Of a stretch of 64,000 nt of DNA, positions 8,237-16,912 are shown piece after piece; position 1 is the stretch's first letter; every line of letters starts with the position of its first letter. The DNA comes from an uncultured Acidobacteriota bacterium. GTDB taxonomy: Bacteria; Acidobacteriota; G020349885; CAZDZC01. Location of the stretch: positions 2,136-66,135 of the forward strand of contig CAZDZC010000008.1 of assembly GCA_964509835.1 (NCBI GenBank). The letters run 5' to 3'. The notes below the pieces were generated by a model. The model made no database searches, was not told where the DNA came from, and saw only the letters and a program-made list of their open reading frames with translations. The translations under genes were made by a program, and so were the position numbers.

Positions 8237-9961
8237 ATGGAACATATATATGATGTAGTAGTTGTGGGTGCCGGTCTTGCAGGACTGAGAGGGGCTCTTG
8301 AAGTTTCAAAAGTGGGGGAGACAGCTGTATTAAGCAAGCTCTTTCCATCAAGGTCTCATTCGGGTGCTGCTCAGGGCGGAATTGCCGCCTCTCTGGGCAA
8401 TGTTGAAGAGGACAGCTGGGAATGGCATATGTTTGATACTGTCAAAGGCAGTGATTACCTTGGTGATCAGGATGCCATAGAGTTCATGTGCAAGGAGGCG
8501 CCGAACACAGTATATGAAATGGAGCACCTCGGATGTCCGTTCAGCAGGACCCCTGAAGGGAAAATTCACCAGCGTCCTTTCGGCGGACATACAAGAAATT
8601 TCGGTGAAAAAGCCGTTAAAAGAGCATGCTTTGCAGCAGACAGAACCGGTCATGTTCTGCTTCACACCCTTTATGAGGAATGTGTAAAGAATCATGTGAG
8701 GTTCCATCCCGAGTTTCAGGTTTTCGATATAGTTCTGGAAGATAATATTTGCAGAGCTGTAGTCGCACTTGAAGTAAAAACAGGCATACTTCACACCTTC
8801 AGAGCTAAAGCTTTTCTTTTCGCGACAGGGGGATATGGCCGTACTTTCAAAATAACATCCAACGCTTACGCGAATACAGGGGACGGCTTGGGGGTGTGCC
8901 TTAACAGAGGTATTCCCCTTGAGGATATGGAATTTGTTCAGTTTCATCCTACGGGTCTTTATAGGCTTGGTATTCTTGTCACTGAAGGTGCAAGAGGAGA
9001 AGGCGGATATCTTTTCAATAAGGACGGAAAGCGCTTTATGGAAGATTATGCTCCCTCAAAAATGGAGCTTGCACCCAGAGATGTTGTTTCCAGAGCAATT
9101 CAATCCGAGCTGGATGCCGGCAGGGGAATAAACGGTGAGAAGTATGTTCATTTGGATCTGACTCATCTTGGCGCTGATCTTATAAACGACAGACTTCCCG
9201 ATATAACCAGTTTCTGCAAAACATATATTGGTGTAGACCCGATTAAACAGCCTATTCCCATTCAGCCCACCGGTCATTATTCGATGGGAGGGATCCCGAC
9301 TGATAATGGAGGCAATGTGGTTATTGACACGAAAGGAACAAAGGTTACAGGTCTTTTTGCTGCCGGTGAGTGCGCGTGTGTATCGGTGCACGGAGCAAAC
9401 AGACTTGGAACGAATTCCCTTCTGGATGCTACCCATCACGGAAAATTTACCGGCAAAACGATAGCTCGGTTTCTGAAAGATGCTGAATTGCATCCGGTGC
9501 CTGCTGATCCTCAAGCTTATGTGAGAGAGAAAGCAGATTCCTTTAAAAATGGCAAAGGAAAGGAAAAGGTAGCAACCATAAGGAAGGAGCTCCAAGAAAA
9601 TATGACGGAAAATTTTGGAGTTTTCCGAACAAAGGAGTCTATTGAGAAGGCTCTGGAAGTTGTTAAGAACCTGCAGGAAAGGTTTAAGCATATCTCTCTG
9701 GATGATAAAGGTTCGAAATTTAATACAGAACTTACTGAAGCATTTGAGCTCAGCCATATTTTGCAGTTTGCGGAAGTAATGACAAGAGGGGGGCTCGCCA
9801 GAGAGGAGAGCCGTGGTGCACACTCAAGGAAGGATTTCCCGAAAAGGGACGACAAGAACTGGGGCAAACACACCTTCGCGAAGAAAACAGACAAAGGGCT
9901 GGAGTTGAGTTATAAAGATGTTGTTATTACAAGATTTGAACCTCAGGAAAGGAAGTATTAA
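8237..9961 (+). CDS. sdhA: Succinate dehydrogenase / fumarate reductase flavoprotein subunit
   Basis: 574 aa. Motifs: [16 protein letters not shown] fold, the covalent-FAD His context [16 protein letters not shown], and EGARGEGG. Confidence 0.95.
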   Translation: MEHIYDVVVVGAGLAGLRGALEVSKVGETAVLSKLFPSRSHSGAAQGGIAASLGNVEEDSWEWHMFDTVKGSDYLGDQDAIEFMCKEAPNTVYEMEHLGCPFSRTPEGKIHQRPFGGHTRNFGEKAVKRACFAADRTGHVLLHTLYEECVKNHVRFHPEFQVFDIVLEDNICRAVVALEVKTGILHTFRAKAFLFATGGYGRTFKITSNAYANTGDGLGVCLNRGIPLEDMEFVQFHPTGLYRLGILVTEGARGEGGYLFNKDGKRFMEDYAPSKMELAPRDVVSRAIQSELDAGRGINGEKYVHLDLTHLGADLINDRLPDITSFCKTYIGVDPIKQPIPIQPTGHYSMGGIPTDNGGNVVIDTKGTKVTGLFAAGECACVSVHGANRLGTNSLLDATHHGKFTGKTIARFLKDAELHPVPADPQAYVREKADSFKNGKGKEKVATIRKELQENMTENFGVFRTKESIEKALEVVKNLQERFKHISLDDKGSKFNTELTEAFELSHILQFAEVMTRGGLAREESRGAHSRKDFPKRDDKNWGKHTFAKKTDKGLELSYKDVVITRFEPQERKY

Positions 9962-9963
9962 GA

Positions 9964-10668
9964 ATGAGAGAAATTACTTTTAAAATTCAACGCTTTAATC
10001 CTGAAGTTGATAAAAAACCTTATTTTAAGGAATACAAACTCAAGTGTGTTGAGACGGACAGGATACTTGACTGTCTCGATCGGATTAAGGCGGAACACGA
10101 CGGGACGCTGACCTACCGTAAATCTTGTTCTCATGGAGTTTGCGGCTCTGACGCGATGAGGATTAACGGGAAAAATGCCCTTGCATGCCAGGTGCTGGTG
10201 CAGGACATTAAGAAGTGCACGATAAAAATTGAGCCACTCCTCGCGCTTCCCCTGATAAAGGACCTGGTGGTGGATTTCGACACTTTCTTTGATAAACTGG
10301 AAGTGACTAAACCGTATTTTATAAACAATGATCCCCCTCCGGTTAAAGAGAGATACCAATCGGTTGAGGACAGAGAGATCATTGATGAAGCGACCCAGTG
10401 CATCCTTTGCGGAGCGTGTTCCGCTTCATGCCCGTCTTCATGGGCTGACGAGGAATTTTTGGGTCCGGCCGCCCTTCTTAAAGCCTACAGATTCATTTTT
10501 GATTCACGGGACCATGGCGCAGATGAAAGACTGGACGCGATTGACAGGAGGAGCGGAATTTGGAGATGTCATACTATTTTCAACTGTGTGGAAGCCTGTC
10601 CCAGGGAAATCAATCTTACATGGCATATTTCGCAGCTGAAGAAAAAACTTGTGGCAAGAGAACTTTAG
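9964..10668 (+). CDS. sdhB: Succinate dehydrogenase iron-sulfur subunit
   Basis: 234 aa with three Cys clusters: CSHGVCGSDAMRINGKNALAC, CILCGACSASCP and CHTIFNCVEACP. Confidence 0.95.
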   Translation: MREITFKIQRFNPEVDKKPYFKEYKLKCVETDRILDCLDRIKAEHDGTLTYRKSCSHGVCGSDAMRINGKNALACQVLVQDIKKCTIKIEPLLALPLIKDLVVDFDTFFDKLEVTKPYFINNDPPPVKERYQSVEDREIIDEATQCILCGACSASCPSSWADEEFLGPAALLKAYRFIFDSRDHGADERLDAIDRRSGIWRCHTIFNCVEACPREINLTWHISQLKKKLVAREL

Positions 10669-10700
10669 GTAATCAGAGCGTTTAAAAGCATCTTGCAGTA

Positions 10701-10729
10701 TTGACAGGCTGAAATCCTTATGTTATACC
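10701..10729 (+). promoter_or_regulatory. Putative sigma70-type promoter upstream of sucC (TTGACA-17 nt-TATACC with TGT extended -10)
   Basis: TTGACA at 10701..10706, TGT at 10721..10723 and TATACC at 10724..10729. An AAGGAGA RBS precedes the GTG start at 10794. Confidence 0.45.
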
Positions 10730-10793
10730 GTAAAGTTTTTAATTAATAGTTGTTTTTATTGAAGATACATCAATTTTCTAAGGAGACAGTTTC

Positions 10794-11960
10794 GTGAATA
10801 TACACGAATATCAGGCAAAAGACATACTCGCGGAATATGAAGTCCCTGTTCCCAAGAGCAGGCTCATTGACAACCCTGATCAGGTCGCAGGAGCGTTCGA
10901 CAAACTCGGCGGAACAAAGGTTGTCATTAAAGCCCAGATTCATGCCGGAGGCAGAGGAAAAGGCGGCGGAGTAAAGGTTGTCGAGACACTTAAAGAGGCA
11001 AGGCTTTTTGTTGAAGGGCTGATCGGAAAACCTCTGGTGACCCCGCAGACGGGTCCTGAAGGCAAGATAGTAAGAAAACTGCTTGTTGAAAAAGCGGTTG
11101 ATATCGCTCAGGAACTCTATTTAAGCATAACCCTTGACAGAAAAGCAGGCTGCCCGGTCATGATAGCCAGTCTTTCCGGCGGAATGTCAATCGAGGAGGT
11201 CGCGCAAAAGACCCCTGGAGCTATTTTTAAGGAACACATTGACCCTCTTCTCGGTATCAGACCCTATCAGGTGAGGAGACTGAGCTATAAACTCGGGTTC
11301 AACCCGGTTCAGATTAAAAAGGCTTCAGCCCTTTTCAATGCCCTGTTCAGGATATATGTTGAAAAGGACTGCTCCCTCGTCGAGATTAATCCTCTCGTTG
11401 TTACGACGGCAGGCGATCTGATTGCGCTGGACGCCAAAATCAATTTTGATGACAGCGGATTGTTCAGGCATCCGGATATCAGAGAGCTGAGGGATTACGA
11501 AGAGGAAGAGCCTCTTGAAGTGGAAGCTTCCAAATACGATCTGAATTACATCAAACTTGACGGCAATGTCGGGTGCATGGTTAACGGTGCCGGGCTTGCG
11601 ATGGCAACAATGGACATAATCAAGCATTCGGGCGGAGAGCCGGCTAACTTTCTTGATGTGGGCGGCGGCGCGAGTGCCGAGCAGATTGAAAACGCTTTCA
11701 AGATCCTCTTATCCGATAAAAGCGTGAAGGCTGTTCTTATAAACATATTCGGGGGGATCCTGAGATGCGATATGCTGGCTGAAGGCGTTGTCGCGGCAGC
11801 CAGGAAGATGAACATAAGTGTTCCCATCGTCGTGAGAATGGAAGGAACGAATGTGGACAAAGGGAAGAGCATATTAAGCAATTCCGGGCTGGACTTCACC
11901 GTTGCAGAAGGACTGAAAGATGCGGCTGAAAAGGTTGTCAGCCTTTTACCGAATAAATAA
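10794..11960 (+). CDS. sucC: Succinyl-CoA synthetase (ADP-forming) beta subunit
   Basis: 388 aa. Characteristic N-terminus MNIHEYQAKDIL and an ATP-grasp region (VIKAQIHAGGRGKGGGV). GTG start. Confidence 0.95.
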   Translation: MNIHEYQAKDILAEYEVPVPKSRLIDNPDQVAGAFDKLGGTKVVIKAQIHAGGRGKGGGVKVVETLKEARLFVEGLIGKPLVTPQTGPEGKIVRKLLVEKAVDIAQELYLSITLDRKAGCPVMIASLSGGMSIEEVAQKTPGAIFKEHIDPLLGIRPYQVRRLSYKLGFNPVQIKKASALFNALFRIYVEKDCSLVEINPLVVTTAGDLIALDAKINFDDSGLFRHPDIRELRDYEEEEPLEVEASKYDLNYIKLDGNVGCMVNGAGLAMATMDIIKHSGGEPANFLDVGGGASAEQIENAFKILLSDKSVKAVLINIFGGILRCDMLAEGVVAAARKMNISVPIVVRMEGTNVDKGKSILSNSGLDFTVAEGLKDAAEKVVSLLPNK

Positions 11961-11988
11961 TTAACCGCCTTATAACGGAGGACAGGTT

Positions 11989-12867
11989 TTGAGCATTCTC
12001 GTAGATAAAAACACAAGGCTGGTGGTGCAGGGCATTACCGGTAATGAGGGAAAATTTCACACAGACAAATGCGTGGAATATGGGACAAAGGTTGTAGCCG
12101 GTGTTACACCGGGTAAAGGCGGAACAAAGATTGACGGCATTCCCGTTTTCAATACAGTGAAGGAAGCTGTTGAAAACGAAGGAGCAAACGCTTCGGTGGT
12201 GTTCGTTCCGCCGCCGTTCGCTGCCGATGCGGTGATGGAGGCTGCTGACGCGTCTATTCCGTTTACGGTATGCATAACGGAAGGCATCCCTCCCAGGGAC
12301 ATGCTGGAGGCTTACATACTTATCAAGAAACTTGGGAACAAAACAAGGCTTCTGGGCCCCAATTGCCCGGGAATTATTTCACCCGGAAAATGCAAGGTGG
12401 GAATCATGCCCGGGCATATCCACAAGGAAGGTTCAGTCGGGGTCATCTCAAGAAGCGGTACGCTGACCTATGAAGCAGTTGCCCAACTTACGGCACGCGG
12501 TATCGGACAGTCCACATGCATCGGACTCGGCGGAGATCCCGTTATCGGCACCAGTTTTATTGATGCCCTGAAGCTTTTTAACGACGATAAAGAGACAGAG
12601 GCGGTCGTTATGATCGGCGAAATCGGTGGATCAGCCGAGGAGGAAGCCGCCGCGTACATCAAATCTGAATTTAAAAAGCCGGTTGTCGCCTTTATCGCAG
12701 GCCAGACAGCGCCTCCCGGACGGCGGATGGGTCATGCAGGAGCTATTATATCCGGAGGCAAGGGGACCGCGGCCGCGAAAATGGAAGCACTTGAAGCGGC
12801 TGGAATTGCTGTTGTAAAGAGTCCTGCAGATATCGGGCAGACCCTTGAAGCTGTTTTAAAAAAATAG
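11989..12867 (+). CDS. sucD: Succinyl-CoA synthetase alpha subunit
   Basis: 292 aa. N-terminus [18 protein letters not shown] and the phosphohistidine loop [16 protein letters not shown] start. Confidence 0.95.
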   Translation: MSILVDKNTRLVVQGITGNEGKFHTDKCVEYGTKVVAGVTPGKGGTKIDGIPVFNTVKEAVENEGANASVVFVPPPFAADAVMEAADASIPFTVCITEGIPPRDMLEAYILIKKLGNKTRLLGPNCPGIISPGKCKVGIMPGHIHKEGSVGVISRSGTLTYEAVAQLTARGIGQSTCIGLGGDPVIGTSFIDALKLFNDDKETEAVVMIGEIGGSAEEEAAAYIKSEFKKPVVAFIAGQTAPPGRRMGHAGAIISGGKGTAAAKMEALEAAGIAVVKSPADIGQTLEAVLKK

Positions 12868-12893
12868 GGAATTTTCCAGAGAGGAAGTGAATA

Positions 12894-13178
12894 ATGTCCA
12901 TTGAACACTCCGCAGAAAGCGACAGCCGAAGAACACTCGATTCGCACGGGGATGAGGGTCTTGTCAGTTGTGAAAATCAAACCGCCCGCATAATTGTGTC
13001 GTTGAAATGGTGCAAAGGATGCGGCATCTGCATAGAATACTGCCCCAAAAAGGTCCTTGAATTCAAGGACGGAAAGGTTTTTGTGGCCAGAATTAGCGAT
13101 TGCATCACCTGCCTCCTGTGCGAGAATATGTGTCCAGACTTCGCTATAACCGTAGATAAGCTTGAAGAGAAAAACTGA
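12894..13178 (+). CDS. korD: 2-oxoglutarate:ferredoxin oxidoreductase delta subunit (2x[4Fe-4S] ferredoxin)
   Basis: 94 aa with two CxxCxxCxxxCP motifs (CKGCGICIEYCP, CITCLLCENMCP). It lies directly upstream of the alpha, beta and gamma subunits. Confidence 0.8.
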   Translation: MSIEHSAESDSRRTLDSHGDEGLVSCENQTARIIVSLKWCKGCGICIEYCPKKVLEFKDGKVFVARISDCITCLLCENMCPDFAITVDKLEEKN

Positions 13179-13179
13179 T

Positions 13180-14319
13180 ATGGCAAACAGAATAAAATTA
13201 CTTCAGGGGAATGAGGCATGCGCAGAAGGAGCGATAGCGGCCGGATGTAAATTTTTTGCCGGATATCCGATAACACCGTCAACCGAAATACTTGAATCAA
13301 TGGCAAAACTTCTGCCTCAGGTAGGCGGGCGATTCATCCAGATGGAGGACGAAATCGCGTCCATGGCGGCAGTGATAGGAGCTTCTATCATGGGTGTTAA
13401 ATCAATGACTGGAACAAGCGGTCCCGGTTTTTCACTGAAGCAGGAACTTATAGGCTACGCCGCCATTACCCAGATACCCTGCGTCATCGTCAATGATGTC
13501 AGGGGAGGCCCCAGCACCGGATTCCCGACAGGACCGTCTCAGGGGGATGTGATGCAGGCAAAGTGGGGAACACACGGGGATCATCCTATTATTGTGCTGG
13601 CTGCAAGTACGGTTCCCGAAGCATTTTTTAAAACAGTCAGAGCCTTTAATCTTGCAGAGAAATACATGACCCCTGTCATTCTGCTGATGGACGAAATAAT
13701 CGCCCACATGAGGGAGCGGGTGGACATACCCGAGCCGTCCGAACTGGAAGTGTTTGACAGAATTTATCCTGTTAACCCCGGAAAAGATTATCTTCCTTAC
13801 GCGGTAAACGAAAAATATATACCCGGACTTGTCCCCCTAGGCCGCGGACAGCGGTATCATGTGACTGGTCTTAATTATGACGAGACAGGCCTCCCGAACC
13901 TTAAACCTGAGAACATAGGCAGACAGACTGAACAGCTTATGAGGAAAATCGAGATGAATGTGGATGATATCGTAGAGTATGAAGAATACATGACCGAGGA
14001 CGCTGACATCATCCTTTTTGTTTACGGATCCCCGGCAAGATCGGCCAGAAATGTCATCCCGATGCTCCGGGAAAAAGGAATAAAAGTGGGGCTTTTCAAG
14101 GCTGAAACACTTTTCCCGACTCCCGACAAAAGGCTTCGCGAACTTTCACAACAGGCCAAGTGTTTTGTCGTTCCGGAGATGAACTGGGGACAGATGGTGC
14201 TTGAAGTTGAACGGATTGTTGGTAAGAATGCCGATGTTCAGGGCTTCAACAGAGTGGACACTCTTCCGATAACGCCTCAGCAAATAGCTGACAAGATTGA
14301 AGAGGTGGCAGGCAAATGA
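13180..14319 (+). CDS. korA: 2-oxoacid:ferredoxin oxidoreductase alpha subunit
   Basis: The track ORF starts at 13162. I prefer the ATG at 13180, 1 nt after the korD stop, giving MANRIKLLQGNEACAEGAIAAGCKFFAGYPITPSTEI, which is typical of KorA/PorA. Confidence 0.9.
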   Translation: MANRIKLLQGNEACAEGAIAAGCKFFAGYPITPSTEILESMAKLLPQVGGRFIQMEDEIASMAAVIGASIMGVKSMTGTSGPGFSLKQELIGYAAITQIPCVIVNDVRGGPSTGFPTGPSQGDVMQAKWGTHGDHPIIVLAASTVPEAFFKTVRAFNLAEKYMTPVILLMDEIIAHMRERVDIPEPSELEVFDRIYPVNPGKDYLPYAVNEKYIPGLVPLGRGQRYHVTGLNYDETGLPNLKPENIGRQTEQLMRKIEMNVDDIVEYEEYMTEDADIILFVYGSPARSARNVIPMLREKGIKVGLFKAETLFPTPDKRLRELSQQAKCFVVPEMNWGQMVLEVERIVGKNADVQGFNRVDTLPITPQQIADKIEEVAGK

Positions 14320-15155
14320 GACCTTTGGAAATTGCAAAAAAATACGAGACCTATGTAAGAAGAAAAAGAATGATGCCCCACATCTGGTGCGCCGGATGCG
14401 GGCACGGAACGGCCATGAAGACAATACTTCAGGCTTGCGGCGAACTGGACCTTGAGAAGGATAATGTTGTCATGGTGTCAGGCATTGGATGCTCGAGCAG
14501 GATGCCCGGATCATGTGATTTCAACACGGTGCATACTGCGCACGGTAGAGCTCTGGCTTTTGCAACAGGCATAAAGATGGCGTGTCCCGAAAAACATGTC
14601 ATTGTAATCTCCGGCGACGGAGACGCGCTTGCGATAGGAGGCAACCACTTTATCCACACCTGCCGCAGGAACATTGACATCACCCTTTGCGTGCTGAACA
14701 ACTATATATACGGCATGACCGGAGGGCAGTATTCCCCGACAACCAACAGAGGCGGTTTCGCGAAAACAGCCCCTTACAGCAACATAGATTATCCCTTTGA
14801 TGTATGCAAAGTTGCTGAAGCCTGCGGGGCAACCTATGTCGCGAGAGGAACGACGACCAAGGTTCGGCCTCTCCCCAAGCTCATCAAAGAGGCAATCGAA
14901 AATAAGGGTTTTTCCGTTGTGGACATTTTTTCTCAGTGCCCGACATACTACGGAAGAATGAATAAAAAAGGCAGGACTCTCGACCTCATGAAATATCTGG
15001 ATGAGATCACCTTACCGAAAAAGAAATGGGAAGAACTACCTGAAGAGGAAAAATTCGTCAAATACCCGACAGGGCTTTTGTATAAAAGTGAAAGGCCCGA
15101 ATATGTCGAGCAGTACGACAGTATTATTGTTAAAAATGCCCGGAGGGATTTGTAA
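14316..15155 (+). CDS. korB: 2-oxoacid:ferredoxin oxidoreductase beta subunit (TPP-binding)
   Basis: 279 aa. Motifs: WCAGCGHG, GIGCSSR, and the TPP motif ISGDGDALAIGGNH. There is a 4-nt overlap with korA. Confidence 0.9.
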   Translation: MRPLEIAKKYETYVRRKRMMPHIWCAGCGHGTAMKTILQACGELDLEKDNVVMVSGIGCSSRMPGSCDFNTVHTAHGRALAFATGIKMACPEKHVIVISGDGDALAIGGNHFIHTCRRNIDITLCVLNNYIYGMTGGQYSPTTNRGGFAKTAPYSNIDYPFDVCKVAEACGATYVARGTTTKVRPLPKLIKEAIENKGFSVVDIFSQCPTYYGRMNKKGRTLDLMKYLDEITLPKKKWEELPEEEKFVKYPTGLLYKSERPEYVEQYDSIIVKNARRDL

Positions 15156-15706
15156 TGGCTAAAAGATACGAGATCAGACTGGGAGGTTCCGGCGGCCAGG
15201 GAATAATCCTCGGCGGGGTCATTCTTGCCGAAGCCGCGGCCATCTATGACGGCAAACATGCCACCCAGAGCCAGGCGTACGGGCCTGAATCCAGAGGCGG
15301 CGCCAGCAAGGCGGAAGTCATCATCTCCGATTCGGAGATAGACTACCCCAAAGCGATAAGCATTGATTTTCTGCTTTCCATGACAGCCGAATCGTGCCAG
15401 AAACACAGCGTGGATCTGAAAAAGGGCGGTATTCTTCTTGTGGATTCCGATGAAGTGAAAGACATTCCCGGCGGAGACTTCATTGTCTATAAAGCCCCCA
15501 TCACAAGGATCGCGATGGAAAAGGTGGGAAAAGCCATAGCCGCGAACATCGTTGCGGTCGGGATGGTCACGGAGCTTTCAGGCGCGGTTTCAAAAGAAGC
15601 CGTCGAGCAGGCAGTCCTTGCCAGAGTCCCCAAGGGGACGGAGGAAGTGAACAGGAAAGCCCTGCAGGCAGGCTATGATGAAGCCAGAAAACTGAAAGGG
15701 GAATAA
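15155..15706 (+). CDS. korC: 2-oxoacid:ferredoxin oxidoreductase gamma subunit
   Basis: 183 aa. The motif GGSGGQGIILGG...YGPESRGG is typical of Kor/Por gamma subunits. Its start overlaps the korB stop. Confidence 0.9.
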   Translation: MAKRYEIRLGGSGGQGIILGGVILAEAAAIYDGKHATQSQAYGPESRGGASKAEVIISDSEIDYPKAISIDFLLSMTAESCQKHSVDLKKGGILLVDSDEVKDIPGGDFIVYKAPITRIAMEKVGKAIAANIVAVGMVTELSGAVSKEAVEQAVLARVPKGTEEVNRKALQAGYDEARKLKGE

Positions 15707-15710
15707 AAAA

Positions 15711-16127
15711 TTGGAAAGAACGCTCGCGATAATAAAACCTGATGCTGTTTCCAAAAAAGCGGAAGGAAAGATAATAGACAAAATTCTTGAAAGCGGCTTC
15801 AGCATAAAAGCCATGAGAAGGGAACTTCTCACAGTGGAACAGGCGCGGGGGTTCTACGCTGTCCACAAAGAAAGGTCTTTCTTTAACGACCTTGTCCGAT
15901 TTATGACATCCGGGCCGGTCGTGTTGATTGTCCTCGAACAGGACGGCGCGATAAAAAAATGGCGCGACCTGATGGGGCCGACAGACTCCACGAAAGCCCC
16001 CGCGAACACGATCCGCGGCACCTTCGGTACCAACATCGAGAAAAACGCGTGCCACGGCTCAGATGCCTTGGAAACGGCCGCGTTCGAGATCGGATGGTTT
16101 TTCAGAGGATTCGAGACACAATTCTGA
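15711..16127 (+). CDS. ndk: Nucleoside diphosphate kinase
   Basis: 138 aa. Motifs: ERTLAIIKPD and the active-site motif NACHGSD. TTG start. Confidence 0.95.
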   Translation: MERTLAIIKPDAVSKKAEGKIIDKILESGFSIKAMRRELLTVEQARGFYAVHKERSFFNDLVRFMTSGPVVLIVLEQDGAIKKWRDLMGPTDSTKAPANTIRGTFGTNIEKNACHGSDALETAAFEIGWFFRGFETQF

Positions 16128-16146
16128 GCGCTTTACTTAAAAAACA

Positions 16147-16175
16147 ACGCCCTTCGCGAGAGGGGCGTTTTTTTT
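16147..16175 (+). terminator. Rho-independent terminator after ndk
   Basis: ACGCCC-TTCGCGAGA-GGGGCGT hairpin followed by a run of 8 T, 20 nt after the ndk stop. Confidence 0.8.
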
Positions 16176-16279
16176 GCCTATGAATCATATGGAACGGGGA
16201 CATCCTCTCTGCAAAGACGGAGGGAGTTGGGGATCAGCCTCAGTGCAGGGGGACAGGGAAAACCCTGCAATTCGAATTC

Positions 16280-16308
16280 TTGCTACTAAAACGGAAGTAT
16301 GTTATAAC
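16280..16308 (+). promoter_or_regulatory. Putative sigma70-type promoter (TTGCTA-17 nt-TATAAC with TGT extended -10)
   Basis: TTGCTA at 16280..16285, TGT at 16300..16302 and TATAAC at 16303..16308. It lies about 45 nt upstream of the ATG at 16351. Confidence 0.4.
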
Positions 16309-16350
16309 AAATTTTCTTAAATTTGAATGATATTATTTCACGGAGGTAAA

Positions 16351-16899
16351 ATGCGTTGTATTGTTTGCATTTCAACTTTTCTTATCTTCCTCGGTTTCTC
16401 TGCGACTACCCAGGAAAGTTCCAGCTACAAGCTGAAGGAATCAACCCTCAACAACGGAGGGAACCCTGATGACGGAATTATTCTCTCCTCCCCAAGCTAC
16501 AATGTTACACTGGATGCTTTGGGAGATACAGTCGTACAGCCGGTGACCTTGACTTCCGGTTCCTTCAACTCGGAAGCAGGATTTGTTCAGGCTTATCCGC
16601 CACCGAAGGAAGTTGTAACCTTAAACTTTAATGATAAGGACACTTTCAGCTGGTCAATCGAGAAGTCTGTCGGCGGATACAATGTTTTCAGAGGAATGCT
16701 GGCCGATCTTCCTCTTAATGACTACGGAGCCTGTCTTTATGACAGACTGAGCGTGAGAACTGCTGATGATGTCGAGATCCCCTCAGCGGGAACTGGATTT
16801 TTTTATTTAGTCAACGCAGAGAACAGGATCGATGAACAGGGTTCAACCGGCTCAACATCTGTTCCCGCAGAACGACCTTTAACGGCAAACTGTCCATAG
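16351..16899 (+). CDS. Exported hypothetical protein (partner of the tail-fibre-like giant protein)
   Basis: The track ORF starts at 16327. The ATG at 16351 has a GGAGG RBS 4 nt upstream and gives MRCIVCISTFLIFLGFSATTQ, a signal peptide. The C-terminal half is beta-rich (FSWSIEKSVGGYNVFRG...GFFYLVNAEN). No family was recognised. Confidence 0.6.
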   Translation: MRCIVCISTFLIFLGFSATTQESSSYKLKESTLNNGGNPDDGIILSSPSYNVTLDALGDTVVQPVTLTSGSFNSEAGFVQAYPPPKEVVTLNFNDKDTFSWSIEKSVGGYNVFRGMLADLPLNDYGACLYDRLSVRTADDVEIPSAGTGFFYLVNAENRIDEQGSTGSTSVPAERPLTANCP

Positions 16900-16912
16900 G
16901 AGAACGGCTACT

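Noticed and set aside
8348-9894. Long antisense ORFs inside sdhA (199, 255 and 125 aa)
   Set aside because: They are shadow ORFs opposite a confidently identified, motif-rich sdhA. Their low-complexity, Cys/Phe-rich translations lack family features. The same reasoning applies to the antisense ORFs inside ppx, sucC/sucD, kor, ppk1 and the permease genes.
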